NCBI GenBank assembly: GCA_902631405.1
Contig: CACOYI010000001.1
Span: forward strand, 83,812 to 147,811
Source of the DNA: K189A clade bacterium
GTDB lineage: Bacteria; Pseudomonadota; Gammaproteobacteria; Pseudomonadales; Azotimanducaceae
Direction: 5' to 3'
DNA length: 64,000 nucleotides
This document shows, piece by piece, positions 1 to 8,771 of this stretch. The notes below the pieces were generated by a model. The model saw nothing but the letters and a program-made list of their open reading frames with translations, ran no database searches and was not told the DNA's origin. Every line of letters starts with the position of its first letter. Within the stretch, counting starts at the first letter, position 1. The translations under genes were made by a program, and so were the position numbers.

Positions 1-2
1 AG

Positions 3-218
3 GGGAAATATTGGTCTGAAGTAGCCTTAAAAATTCCAAGAGCTCGTATCGCTATAGGCAGTCAAATTTATCCGGTCATCCTCAGGCGGGTTGTTGAGGA
101 AGCTGAGCTTGATGCCGCTTGGGCTGCGCGAGCAGAAAAAACGCGCCGAGGAGCCGGTTCGACCAGAGCAGATCACTGGTGGTCCTTCGAGCTTACAAGT
201 CGAGAGGTGGACTACTAA
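3..218 (+). CDS. Hypothetical protein, C-terminal fragment (runs off the 5' edge)
   Basis: Stop-free frame from the window edge (GKYWSEVALKIPRARIAIGSQIYPVILRRV...HWWSFELTSREVDY) ending TAA at 216-218 and overlapping the convergent SDR stop. Not in the ORF track. Confidence 0.6.
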   Translation, partial: GKYWSEVALKIPRARIAIGSQIYPVILRRVVEEAELDAAWAARAEKTRRGAGSTRADHWWSFELTSREVDY

Positions 219-1018
219 TCATTAGGCTCATAGAACATTGAGGTTCTACCAGCATCTACTACAAGGTCATGGCAACTCACAAAGCTTCCGGCATCACTGG
301 CTAAATACAGAGCAGCCTCCGCAATATCTTTTGCTAATCCCGTCCTTTTCAATGGTACTGAGCGTGCCAGATTAGTCTGTAGCTTATTCATTTTTCTTTC
401 GTTTTCTTCGTCAGTTAGCGTGTTCGCTCTGCCCGAACCACCCCAGAATATAGGTGTCGCGATTGCGCCGGGTGATATGGAGTTGACCCTAATATTGTGT
501 TGCCCCAGCTCGATACCCGCCATTTTAGTGTAATGCGTGACGGCGGCCTTCAAGCATGAGTAGAGCGGATCTCCTTGCCTGTATCGGAGCGCCGCGACGC
601 TTGAATTATTTATGATGCAGCCGCCTCCTTGCGATTTCATCGGCTCGATGGCTGCTTTGGTCCCAAGAATCACACTAGACAATAGGAGCTTCACCCCATA
701 ATCAATATGTTCTTGAGTTAATTGATCTAATGGAGCGCCAACGGGTCCGCCCGCGTTATTGAACAAGATATCGATGCTTCCATGCTGTTCTAGGGTGAAA
801 TTGACGGCCTTAGCGATATCTTCTTCATTCGTAACGTCGGACTCGCAATAGGCAGCTTGATTTCCCAGGCGCTCGATTAGTGCTTTCCCTTTTTCGACAG
901 ATCTTCCTGAAATCACTATGTTGGCTCCCTCATTTATGAAGAGTTCTGCTGTTGCTGCGCCAATTCCACTTGTGCCACCAGTAATGAGCGCTGTTTTCCC
1001 TTCAAGACGTTTTGCCAT
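215..1018 (-). CDS. Short-chain dehydrogenase/reductase (SDR)
   Basis: TGGTSGIG Rossmann motif, NNAG, and catalytic YxxxK (YSCLK). Confidence 0.93.
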   Translation of the reverse strand: MAKRLEGKTALITGGTSGIGAATAELFINEGANIVISGRSVEKGKALIERLGNQAAYCESDVTNEEDIAKAVNFTLEQHGSIDILFNNAGGPVGAPLDQLTQEHIDYGVKLLLSSVILGTKAAIEPMKSQGGGCIINNSSVAALRYRQGDPLYSCLKAAVTHYTKMAGIELGQHNIRVNSISPGAIATPIFWGGSGRANTLTDEENERKMNKLQTNLARSVPLKRTGLAKDIAEAALYLASDAGSFVSCHDLVVDAGRTSMFYEPND

Positions 1019-1133
1019 GCGTAATTCCCTCCCCGAGTAGTGACTCGATTATGCTTCTACGGGATGAAAAATCAAAAGCCTTAGTATTTGAAAGTGAATA
1101 AGCATTTTGTTAGAACGTTCCGGGGGTGGCCAT

Positions 1134-2291
1134 ATGTCTTTTGCAATGTATTCGTCGAGCAAAGTGGATTACGGAGAACATGATTCTGCTCTAAAACAAT
1201 ATCAAGAACGAGGCACCGAGAGAGCTCTTGCGATGACAAATCGCGGTCCAGTGCGATACGACCCTGATGGCCGTCTTCACCAGAACATTTTAGACGAGTA
1301 CAGAAGAAATGGCTTTTACGTTTTCACAGAAGTTCTGGAAGAGGAAGAACTAGTTCAGTTGAGGAATGATGTCGAAGAAATTTGGCGCAGGGCTCCCCAA
1401 AATCAGAACTCCACAACCGACTCCCAAGGTAGACCTGCAATTGGCCTTAACTGTAAGTCCCGAAATTTCTCTTGGGTCAGGCCGCTCAGTGATCCGATTG
1501 GTGGAACCGCTTTTGCGCACGGAAGGCATCCAGCTAAGATGATAGAACCAGAGGCGGGGGAGGATGCACCAGATGAAATCCTGCAGATTTTACTCGGATC
1601 CCTGCAATTTTCTGACGCTTGTCTAAGGATGTATGGTCATCCGGATTTGTTAAGAATTGCCGAAGCGATTAACGGGGAGGATTTCGTTCCTTTCAATGAA
1701 GCGATTTGGGTAAAGCATCCTCGTTTGGGTGGCTCGGTGGCGTGGCACCAGGATGGGTTCACTCACTGGGATAGTCCCGAACTTGACGGAGATACCCATG
1801 GTTTTAATTTTATGGCCCAGCTTTATGGTTGTAATGCGGCAAACGGACTATGGGTATTGCCGGGCTCGCATCTTGAAGGAAAAGTAGATATCCGAAATCT
1901 TGTTGAAGAGGCTAATTCAGATCGCATTGAAGGAGCTGTGCCGCTGATTTGTGACCCGGGAGATGTGGCTATTTGCAACCGACAGGCCGTACACGGGTCT
2001 TTCGCGAACACGAGTGATGATATTAGAGTCACAATTAACATGGGTTTTCATAGGCGTTCTAGCGTTTTGAACGTCGTTGGCGGAGGCATACACAATGATG
2101 TTGAAACCTATACTGAAGAACGTATTGCCAACCGTTCGCGTCTTATTGGCTATGCAATTGATGCAAGGAAACAGAAGTATCCCTTAGAGGATTCTTTCGT
2201 CTACACGCCTCTGAAAGAACAACATTTCGTTTGGGATGCAGCGGCTCGCGAATCTATCAGAGACTACAATCTCGAGGATTTGGGTATTTGA
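1134..2291 (+). CDS. Phytanoyl-CoA dioxygenase (PhyH) family Fe(II)/2-oxoglutarate dioxygenase
   Basis: HxD...H triad (WHQD ... AVHGS), NGLWVLPGSH, and a downstream Arg (DIRVT). ATG 1134 follows a G-rich RBS. Confidence 0.85.
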   Translation: MSFAMYSSSKVDYGEHDSALKQYQERGTERALAMTNRGPVRYDPDGRLHQNILDEYRRNGFYVFTEVLEEEELVQLRNDVEEIWRRAPQNQNSTTDSQGRPAIGLNCKSRNFSWVRPLSDPIGGTAFAHGRHPAKMIEPEAGEDAPDEILQILLGSLQFSDACLRMYGHPDLLRIAEAINGEDFVPFNEAIWVKHPRLGGSVAWHQDGFTHWDSPELDGDTHGFNFMAQLYGCNAANGLWVLPGSHLEGKVDIRNLVEEANSDRIEGAVPLICDPGDVAICNRQAVHGSFANTSDDIRVTINMGFHRRSSVLNVVGGGIHNDVETYTEERIANRSRLIGYAIDARKQKYPLEDSFVYTPLKEQHFVWDAAARESIRDYNLEDLGI

Positions 2292-2305
2292 GTCGCCGAT
2301 AACCA

Positions 2306-3358
2306 TTACCAAGAATTTTGCTCTCTCCGAATAAGATCAACGGCTTCTTCCAGCGCAGTTGTCTTCTCATTCCACGTCTCACCTTTAGTTGAAATTCTGA
2401 TGGTGTTAACGTGTGCGTCCCTAAAAGCTCTCAAGCGAGATCGAACCATGTCTTCTGTTCCGAAGAGGTTCGTCTTCAAGACCATTTCATCTGGAACTCT
2501 TTGTATGGCCTGATCCCGCTTTCCATCAACCCAAAGGCTTTGTACTGCTTTCGCGTCGTCCTCATAGCCTGCTCGACAGTACGCATCATTATAAAAGTTG
2601 GTCTTTGCGGATCCCATCGCACCGAGTGTGAAAGCCATCGCCGGCTTTAGCTTCGCGATTAGCTTTTCAACATCGTCCGTCACTTCAAAATATCCACCAG
2701 CTTGAATGTCTATATCAGAAAGTGATCTGCCAGCTGATTCAACTCCCAGCTTTATATCGTCTAGAAAGATGTTGCCCTTCTCCGGAAGGAAACAAGTCCC
2801 CAACCAGCCATCGGCTAGTTCGCCGGTCATTTGTAATGACTTCGGACCTAGGGTTGCCAAATAAATCGGCAGGTTAGGTCTAGGAGGTTGAGATAGACGT
2901 ATCGGTTTTCCCTCTCCGCCTGGCCTTGGAAGCTGATAGTGATCCCCATCGTATTGCAGTTTCTCACCGTTAAGACCCAATCTAAGTATCGATACGCATT
3001 CTCTCAGTCTGGATAAGGGTTTCGCGAAAGACGCTCCATGAAGGCCTTCGACGACTTGCGGACCACTCACGCCTAAACCGAGGTTGAATCGCCCTTTGGA
3101 GACGGTATCTAGACTTTGGGCGGTCATCGCCATCATTGATGGCACTCTGGAGCTGATCTGCATAATCCCAGTGCCTAAACGAATGTTAGTTGTCGTGGCC
3201 GCCAGGTACGCAAGTGGAACCACTGCGTCCATCCCCCAAGCTTCTGCTGACCAGGCTTCGTCGATTCCTATTTTGTCCGCGATAGCGGTATATTCGACGA
3301 GTTTGTCCCACTCCTCTCCGTTATAGTAAGCCGAACCAATAGAGATGGATATTTTCAC
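2306..3358 (-). CDS. LLM-class (luciferase-like) oxidoreductase, putatively F420-dependent
   Basis: AWSAEAWGMDA, LGTGIMQ, GRFNLGLGVSGPQVVEGLHG and GELADGW motifs. GGAGG RBS. Confidence 0.88.
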   Translation of the reverse strand: MKISISIGSAYYNGEEWDKLVEYTAIADKIGIDEAWSAEAWGMDAVVPLAYLAATTTNIRLGTGIMQISSRVPSMMAMTAQSLDTVSKGRFNLGLGVSGPQVVEGLHGASFAKPLSRLRECVSILRLGLNGEKLQYDGDHYQLPRPGGEGKPIRLSQPPRPNLPIYLATLGPKSLQMTGELADGWLGTCFLPEKGNIFLDDIKLGVESAGRSLSDIDIQAGGYFEVTDDVEKLIAKLKPAMAFTLGAMGSAKTNFYNDAYCRAGYEDDAKAVQSLWVDGKRDQAIQRVPDEMVLKTNLFGTEDMVRSRLRAFRDAHVNTIRISTKGETWNEKTTALEEAVDLIRREQNSW

Positions 3359-3413
3359 TTTACCTCCCAGCTACATTCCCCTTTCCGTTTTAAATTGGCG
3401 ACTTGATGAGACT

Positions 3414-3442
3414 TTGTCAACTGCAACATTAGCCCCTAAACT
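3414..3442 (+). promoter_or_regulatory. Putative sigma70 promoter for the 3476-5299 operon
   Basis: TTGTCA (3414-3419), 17 bp spacer, TAAACT (3437-3442). Confidence 0.45.
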
Positions 3443-3475
3443 TATGAGATAAGACTGAATACAGGGGGAATTTAA

Positions 3476-3787
3476 ATGCCGACTTTGAAAACCGGTGCTC
3501 GTTTGAAAAGTGCTGTCTGTGACGGGGAAATAATGGTCGTTGCCGCGCCATCGGGTGATGTGGATCTTACTTGCGGAGGTGAACCGATGATTGACGCGTC
3601 CTCTGGTGAGTCCGCTGGAGGAGACATACATCCCGATCACGCCGTTGGAATAGCGATGGGAAAGCGTTATATAAATGAGGCTGAAACTCTCGAAGTTCTC
3701 TGCGTAAAAGCGGGTGATGGTGGGCTTGCTGCAGATGGAGCGCTCCTTCTCCAGAAGGATACGAAGAAATTGCCGAAGACGGATTAA
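3476..3787 (+). CDS. Small hypothetical protein with two desulforedoxin-like repeats
   Basis: RBS AGGGGG, 6 bp gap to the ligase. GARLKSAVCDGEIMVV...LTCGGEPM resembles the desulforedoxin pattern YKCxxCG.....LVCCGEDM. Confidence 0.75.
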   Translation: MPTLKTGARLKSAVCDGEIMVVAAPSGDVDLTCGGEPMIDASSGESAGGDIHPDHAVGIAMGKRYINEAETLEVLCVKAGDGGLAADGALLLQKDTKKLPKTD

Positions 3788-3793
3788 TCGAGA

Positions 3794-5299
3794 ATGAACG
3801 TTATGATGCTTCTGGAAATGGCGAATTCCGCCTTTCCCGATAGGATTGCATTCACCAATGGCGCCACAGGCGAAACGTTAAGTTACTCGCAATTGTTTTC
3901 TAAGGCTGGTACGCGAGCGAGGGAAATCCGAGCTTCAGACTCGAATCGGTTTGTTAAGTTGGATGTCTCCAGCCTCGTCACACCGCTTAGCCTTTTTGCG
4001 AGCGGTTGGGCAGGCATTCCATATGTACCTCTCAATTATAGGCTCACAGACGAAGAGATAATGAGGCTGATAGAACGGGTGAAGCCAGCTACCTTGGTAA
4101 CGTCAGAGGACCGAATAAACTCCTTTCAGAATCTGGAGGGGCTAGAGGTGTTAGATAGCTCTGACCTGCTGTCGCATGGCGGCGAGGATGAGTCCCTTGA
4201 AAACGACTGGGACATGGATCCGGAAGAAATAGCAGTCCTTCTGTTTACAAGTGGTACCACCGGCGAACCAAAAGCAGCAATGCTGCGCCACAAACATCTC
4301 GTATCTTACATTCTGGGCTCCGTAGAATTCGCGTCTGCTGATGAAAAAGAAGCGTCTTTAGTTTGCGTACCGCCATATCACATCGCGGGAATTGCTGCGA
4401 TCTTGAGCTCCGTTTATTCAGGGAGACATGTGGTCCAATTGCCAAACTTTTCAGCTGAAGAGTGGATAAGGCTTGTCAGAAAGCACCAGGTAACCAACGC
4501 GATGGTCGTTCCCACGATGCTCAAGCGAATAGTCGAATGTTTGGAAGAAACTGGTGCGACTAATGCCGAAATGCCCCACTTGGCCAGCCTAGCATATGGC
4601 GGAGGTAAGATGCCCTTGCCAGTGATTGAAAAGGCGATGGCTTTATTCCCTGATACAGATTTTTCGAATGCCTACGGGCTAACTGAGACTAGCTCTACGA
4701 TAAGTGTGCTTGGTCCTGAGGATCACAGAGACGCGGTCGCCTCTTCGGATGAGCTTGTTAGGCGCAGACTTGTTTCAGTTGGAAGGGCTTTGCCGGGCGT
4801 TGAAATTCAAATCAGAGACGACGAAGGGGAGGAAGTTGCGCCGAATACGAGAGGGGAAATTTACGTCCGTGGAGAGCAAGTATCAGGAGAATATGAAGGT
4901 CGCGGATCAGTGGTGGATTCTGATGGTTGGTTCCCAACCAGAGATGCCGGTTCTCTCGATGAGGATGGCTTTCTATTTCTCGAGGGACGTGCTGATGATG
5001 TGATTGTTCGTGGAGGAGAAAATCTTTCCCCTGGAGAGATAGAGGACGTTCTCATGACCCATGAAGCCGTAAGCGACGTAGCTGTTATTGGGATCGCAGA
5101 TGAGCAGTGGGGAGAGAGCGTAGCGGCAGTCATCGTCTTGAAACCAAGTCTTCAAGTTTCTGAGGCTGATTTCCAATCCTTCGTGAGAGAGCGAATGAGG
5201 AGTTCGAGAGTTCCTGAGAAAATCGAGTTTTGGACAGAGCTCCCATACAACGAGACCGGCAAGTTGCTTCGCCGGGTAGTTAGAGAAAAACTGGGCTGA
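3794..5299 (+). CDS. Acyl-CoA synthetase / class I adenylate-forming enzyme
   Basis: LFTSGTTGEPK AMP-binding signature, YGLTE, GRADD, and GK in the A10 motif. Confidence 0.93.
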   Translation: MNVMMLLEMANSAFPDRIAFTNGATGETLSYSQLFSKAGTRAREIRASDSNRFVKLDVSSLVTPLSLFASGWAGIPYVPLNYRLTDEEIMRLIERVKPATLVTSEDRINSFQNLEGLEVLDSSDLLSHGGEDESLENDWDMDPEEIAVLLFTSGTTGEPKAAMLRHKHLVSYILGSVEFASADEKEASLVCVPPYHIAGIAAILSSVYSGRHVVQLPNFSAEEWIRLVRKHQVTNAMVVPTMLKRIVECLEETGATNAEMPHLASLAYGGGKMPLPVIEKAMALFPDTDFSNAYGLTETSSTISVLGPEDHRDAVASSDELVRRRLVSVGRALPGVEIQIRDDEGEEVAPNTRGEIYVRGEQVSGEYEGRGSVVDSDGWFPTRDAGSLDEDGFLFLEGRADDVIVRGGENLSPGEIEDVLMTHEAVSDVAVIGIADEQWGESVAAVIVLKPSLQVSEADFQSFVRERMRSSRVPEKIEFWTELPYNETGKLLRRVVREKLG

Positions 5300-5307
5300 A
5301 AACCGAT

Positions 5308-6291
5308 TTAATCGGAGCCAATTTCGTCTATTAAACCGAGTTCGAGGGCTTCATCGGAATAGATCGTTTTGCCAGTAATAGCGAGTAGAGCTGTATCATA
5401 TCTTCCGATTCTTCGTGTCAGGCTGGCGGTGCCGCCAGAACCTGGTAACAGGCCAAAGCCTATCTCGGGCAGCTGGAAAAAAGCATCTTCTTTAGCGATG
5501 ATTTTTTTACAGAAAGCTGCCAGCTCAATGCCCGCTCCGATGCAGGCTCCATGCACCTTTGCAGTCATTTTTGGTGCTAGCAAATTGAACAATTGAGCTG
5601 GACTTCGGCTGATCCGAACGAGATGCGCTCCTCCTGCATCTCCTATCAGACCGAACTCATCAAGATCACCTCCTGAGCAAAAAGATTTCCCAGCTCCTAC
5701 TACGGTCACACTTGTTACAGACAAGTCTATAAGTGGCAGCTGAAGCATTTCGCAAAGTTGGTCTCGCATCGCTTGATTGAAAGCGTTGTGTTTCTCCGGC
5801 CGATTTAGTTGGATGGTCAATTGCTCATGGCTTCGAGAGGAGATCACGCAATCGGAGTTCGAACTCTGCGGAACGATTTCATCTCGCTCACTGAGCCATT
5901 TCTGAAAATCCGAGCTTTTTTGAAGAGAACCGTATGCAATTGACTCCAAAACAAGTGCTGAGGGAATATCATTGTGGAGGGATTGTCGCAGTACGTGAAC
6001 TAAAATCGCGCTCGGAATTGGCCTTGAGCTGATTGAAGTAAGAACCTGGCTAAGGTCTTTTTTGGTTGCATAACAATCAACGGAATCATCTCTATTCTTG
6101 TCTTTTGCTTTGTGAAGGCCAATCACTGGGCAGGTGGGCAGAAGATGATTTGGGATAGCCAATTGATCTCGGCTAAGATCGACGAGTACAAATTGAGTCC
6201 CGTGAGGGGGCGATAATTCCTCTCGCGCTAATGGATCTGTTAACTTTCTCAGCAGTTCTTTAGGTGAGAATACCTTGGGCTCAAAATTCAT
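5308..6291 (-). CDS. Enoyl-CoA hydratase/isomerase family protein with N-terminal extension
   Basis: LNRPEKHNAF, FCSGGDL, GACIGAGIELA and LPEIGFGLLPG motifs. Confidence 0.85.
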   Translation of the reverse strand: MNFEPKVFSPKELLRKLTDPLAREELSPPHGTQFVLVDLSRDQLAIPNHLLPTCPVIGLHKAKDKNRDDSVDCYATKKDLSQVLTSISSRPIPSAILVHVLRQSLHNDIPSALVLESIAYGSLQKSSDFQKWLSERDEIVPQSSNSDCVISSRSHEQLTIQLNRPEKHNAFNQAMRDQLCEMLQLPLIDLSVTSVTVVGAGKSFCSGGDLDEFGLIGDAGGAHLVRISRSPAQLFNLLAPKMTAKVHGACIGAGIELAAFCKKIIAKEDAFFQLPEIGFGLLPGSGGTASLTRRIGRYDTALLAITGKTIYSDEALELGLIDEIGSD

Positions 6292-6309
6292 GTTAATTCA
6301 AGTAAGTTG

Positions 6310-7398
6310 ATGGGCGACACAAAATTTCCAACATTAAACGATTTTGCGGATAGCACTCTCGATCAACTGCGCGAGGGGCATCCGAATCTGTTAACCAATG
6401 TACTTGGTTCGGATTTGTTATGGGAGCGTTCGGTAGAATTAGATTTTTCTCTCAATACGGGTATTTCATTCAATAAAAGCTGTCAGTTGATCTCGGCGCA
6501 GGATGGGCCATTGGCTTTCAACCTCGCTCGAGAAGAAGATTGGTCACTCTTACCTGCGTTGTTGGAGGCGGAAAGTCGCGGCTTATCTTGGACTGAACTA
6601 GAATTTTTAGTCCGAGATAAATCGCGCAGGCCCTTGTTGGAGCGAGCAAGATTAATGGGATTGCCCGTCTCTATTCCGTTTGACGCTGAGGTTTCAATCA
6701 AATGGCAAGACGATCTTTTCACAGCAAATAGCACAAATCACTCTCCTGACGATCTGAAAGTATTGGACTTTTCATCTCTATGGGCGGGTCCATTATGCAG
6801 TCATTTGTTGTTGAATCTGGGATGCAAGGTCGTAAAAGTGGAATCCAGAAATAGAAGGGATATTTCTGGATCTGCGACACCGAGATTGTTCTCTGTTTTA
6901 AATAAGGACAAAGAACTGCTCATCGTCGATTTTCAGAATGAGGCGGAGTTGGAATCTCTGCGTCAAATGATTTGCGATGCAGACATTGTGATCGAGGGGT
7001 CTAGACCTCGAGCTTTTGAGGCATTGGGGATCGATCGGCGCTCGATCAGATCACAACAAACGAGCGCGCAACACCACAATCAACTTTGGTTATCCCTAAC
7101 AGCTTACGGTAGATTCGGTGCTGCGGCGGATTGGGTGGGCTTTGGAGACGATGTTGCTGCCTCAGCAGGTGTTTTAGATCGCTCGTCTGACGGCGGCTAT
7201 GGTTTTGTGGGTGATGCTATCGCGGATCCTCTGGCTGGCTTGCAGGCGGCTTTAACCGTCAAAGAATGTCTCACGCAAAACAAGAGAGGATTGTTGGATT
7301 TTTCTCTCTTTCGTGCAGCTCGTATCGCTCTTGAAACAGTTGAGCGTCTCTATGATTCTCCCCTTGCACCACTCAAAAAAGTGAGGACGCGTTGTTAA
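6310..7398 (+). CDS. Family III CoA transferase (CaiB/BaiF-like), atypical architecture
   Basis: KVLDFSSLWAGPLC...LGCKVVKVES, ADIVIE, and GDAIAD at the expected catalytic Asp position. Confidence 0.8.
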   Translation: MGDTKFPTLNDFADSTLDQLREGHPNLLTNVLGSDLLWERSVELDFSLNTGISFNKSCQLISAQDGPLAFNLAREEDWSLLPALLEAESRGLSWTELEFLVRDKSRRPLLERARLMGLPVSIPFDAEVSIKWQDDLFTANSTNHSPDDLKVLDFSSLWAGPLCSHLLLNLGCKVVKVESRNRRDISGSATPRLFSVLNKDKELLIVDFQNEAELESLRQMICDADIVIEGSRPRAFEALGIDRRSIRSQQTSAQHHNQLWLSLTAYGRFGAAADWVGFGDDVAASAGVLDRSSDGGYGFVGDAIADPLAGLQAALTVKECLTQNKRGLLDFSLFRAARIALETVERLYDSPLAPLKKVRTRC

Positions 7399-8771
7399 TC
7401 ATTAATGCAGAGCTGGCCGGTTCTCGAGGGAATGTTCGTTTGAGTGAGACGATCCAGGAAGTTTCCACGGCGCTAGCAGCTCGACCGGGGGAATTTGTTC
7501 TGGATGCTAAGGGGGGTGCGCTATTACCTGGCCTTCATGACCATCATATGCACTTTTTGGCTTCAGCCGCTTATGAAGAGTCGATCAATTGTGATGACGA
7601 AAAATTCGAGGATGTTGAAAGTTTCAGAGATTTTGTCGAGCTACAAAAGGGAGACGGTTGGATAAGGGCCGTGAACTTTAGTGAAACGGTGTTTGGTTTT
7701 TTAGACGCTCGAGCCATAGACGAGTTAGTCGATAGTCGCCCTATTAGGATGCAGCATAGCAGCGGAAAATTCTGGGTCCTCAACTCGCTCGGTGTAGAGG
7801 CATTGAAGTTAAGAGATTTCACTCACTTGGATGGGGTCGAATCGGATAGTCGAGGGAATCCTACTGGAAGACTTTTTCGGATGGATGACTGGCTAAGGAA
7901 CCAAGCAAAGTTTACCTTGCCAGATATAAAGTCATACTCACAAAAGTTATCCTCTTATGGGATAACTTCTTTCACTGACACTTCAGCAACGAATAATTCG
8001 CAAGTTCAGATGCAGTTCAAAAAGTGGCTGAAGGAAGGATTGATCCAGCAAAAGTACTGGCTGATGGGCGATGAAACGATTCAAGGTGGCCCTATGAAAA
8101 TAGTGTTGGACGAGGATGCTTTGCCTGATATCAATTTTCTCCTGAATCGCATCAATAATGCACGACAAATGGATCGCAATGTAGCGTTTCATTGCACGAC
8201 GCATGTCGAATTGCTCTTCGCTCTTGCTGCTTTGAAAGATTCATCGATTGAGGAGGGCGACCGGATTGAACATGGTTCAATCATTACCGATGAAATGATT
8301 AAAGAGCTTCGCGGTTTAGGATTGACCGTCGTTACCCAACCAGGTTTTCTTTGGGAAAGGGGAGATCGTTATTTGGAACAACTCAGCGATAGCGAGCTGC
8401 GTCATCTTTACAGATGTCAATCTCTCATTGATCAAGGCGTCAATGTTGCGGTGAGTAGCGATGCTCCTTACGGACCGATATCTCCGTGGGATGTCATTAA
8501 ACATTCTACTGAGAGATTGACAAAGAGTGGCATAGTGGTCGGTGAGGTGGAGAAGATTTCTGCATCCACGGCCTTGCGTTCTTATCTGACATCTAAAGGT
8601 GACCCGGGCGGAGAGGTGCGTGAGGTACAAGTAGGTTCTGCTGCCGATCTCTGCCTGTTGGATAGGCCACTGAGCGAGGCGTTGAAAACGCCCTATGCCG
8701 TCTCAGTGGTCACCACCCTAGTTGATGGCTCTCCAACCCATGGTCTGCAAATAGATGGTCGCGGCGTTTAG
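7392..8771 (+). CDS. Metal-dependent amidohydrolase (Amidohydro_3-like)
   Basis: LLPGLHDHHMH, AFHC, RIEHG and SSDAP metal-ligand motifs. Start overlaps the upstream gene. Confidence 0.85.
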   Translation: MLIINAELAGSRGNVRLSETIQEVSTALAARPGEFVLDAKGGALLPGLHDHHMHFLASAAYEESINCDDEKFEDVESFRDFVELQKGDGWIRAVNFSETVFGFLDARAIDELVDSRPIRMQHSSGKFWVLNSLGVEALKLRDFTHLDGVESDSRGNPTGRLFRMDDWLRNQAKFTLPDIKSYSQKLSSYGITSFTDTSATNNSQVQMQFKKWLKEGLIQQKYWLMGDETIQGGPMKIVLDEDALPDINFLLNRINNARQMDRNVAFHCTTHVELLFALAALKDSSIEEGDRIEHGSIITDEMIKELRGLGLTVVTQPGFLWERGDRYLEQLSDSELRHLYRCQSLIDQGVNVAVSSDAPYGPISPWDVIKHSTERLTKSGIVVGEVEKISASTALRSYLTSKGDPGGEVREVQVGSAADLCLLDRPLSEALKTPYAVSVVTTLVDGSPTHGLQIDGRGV

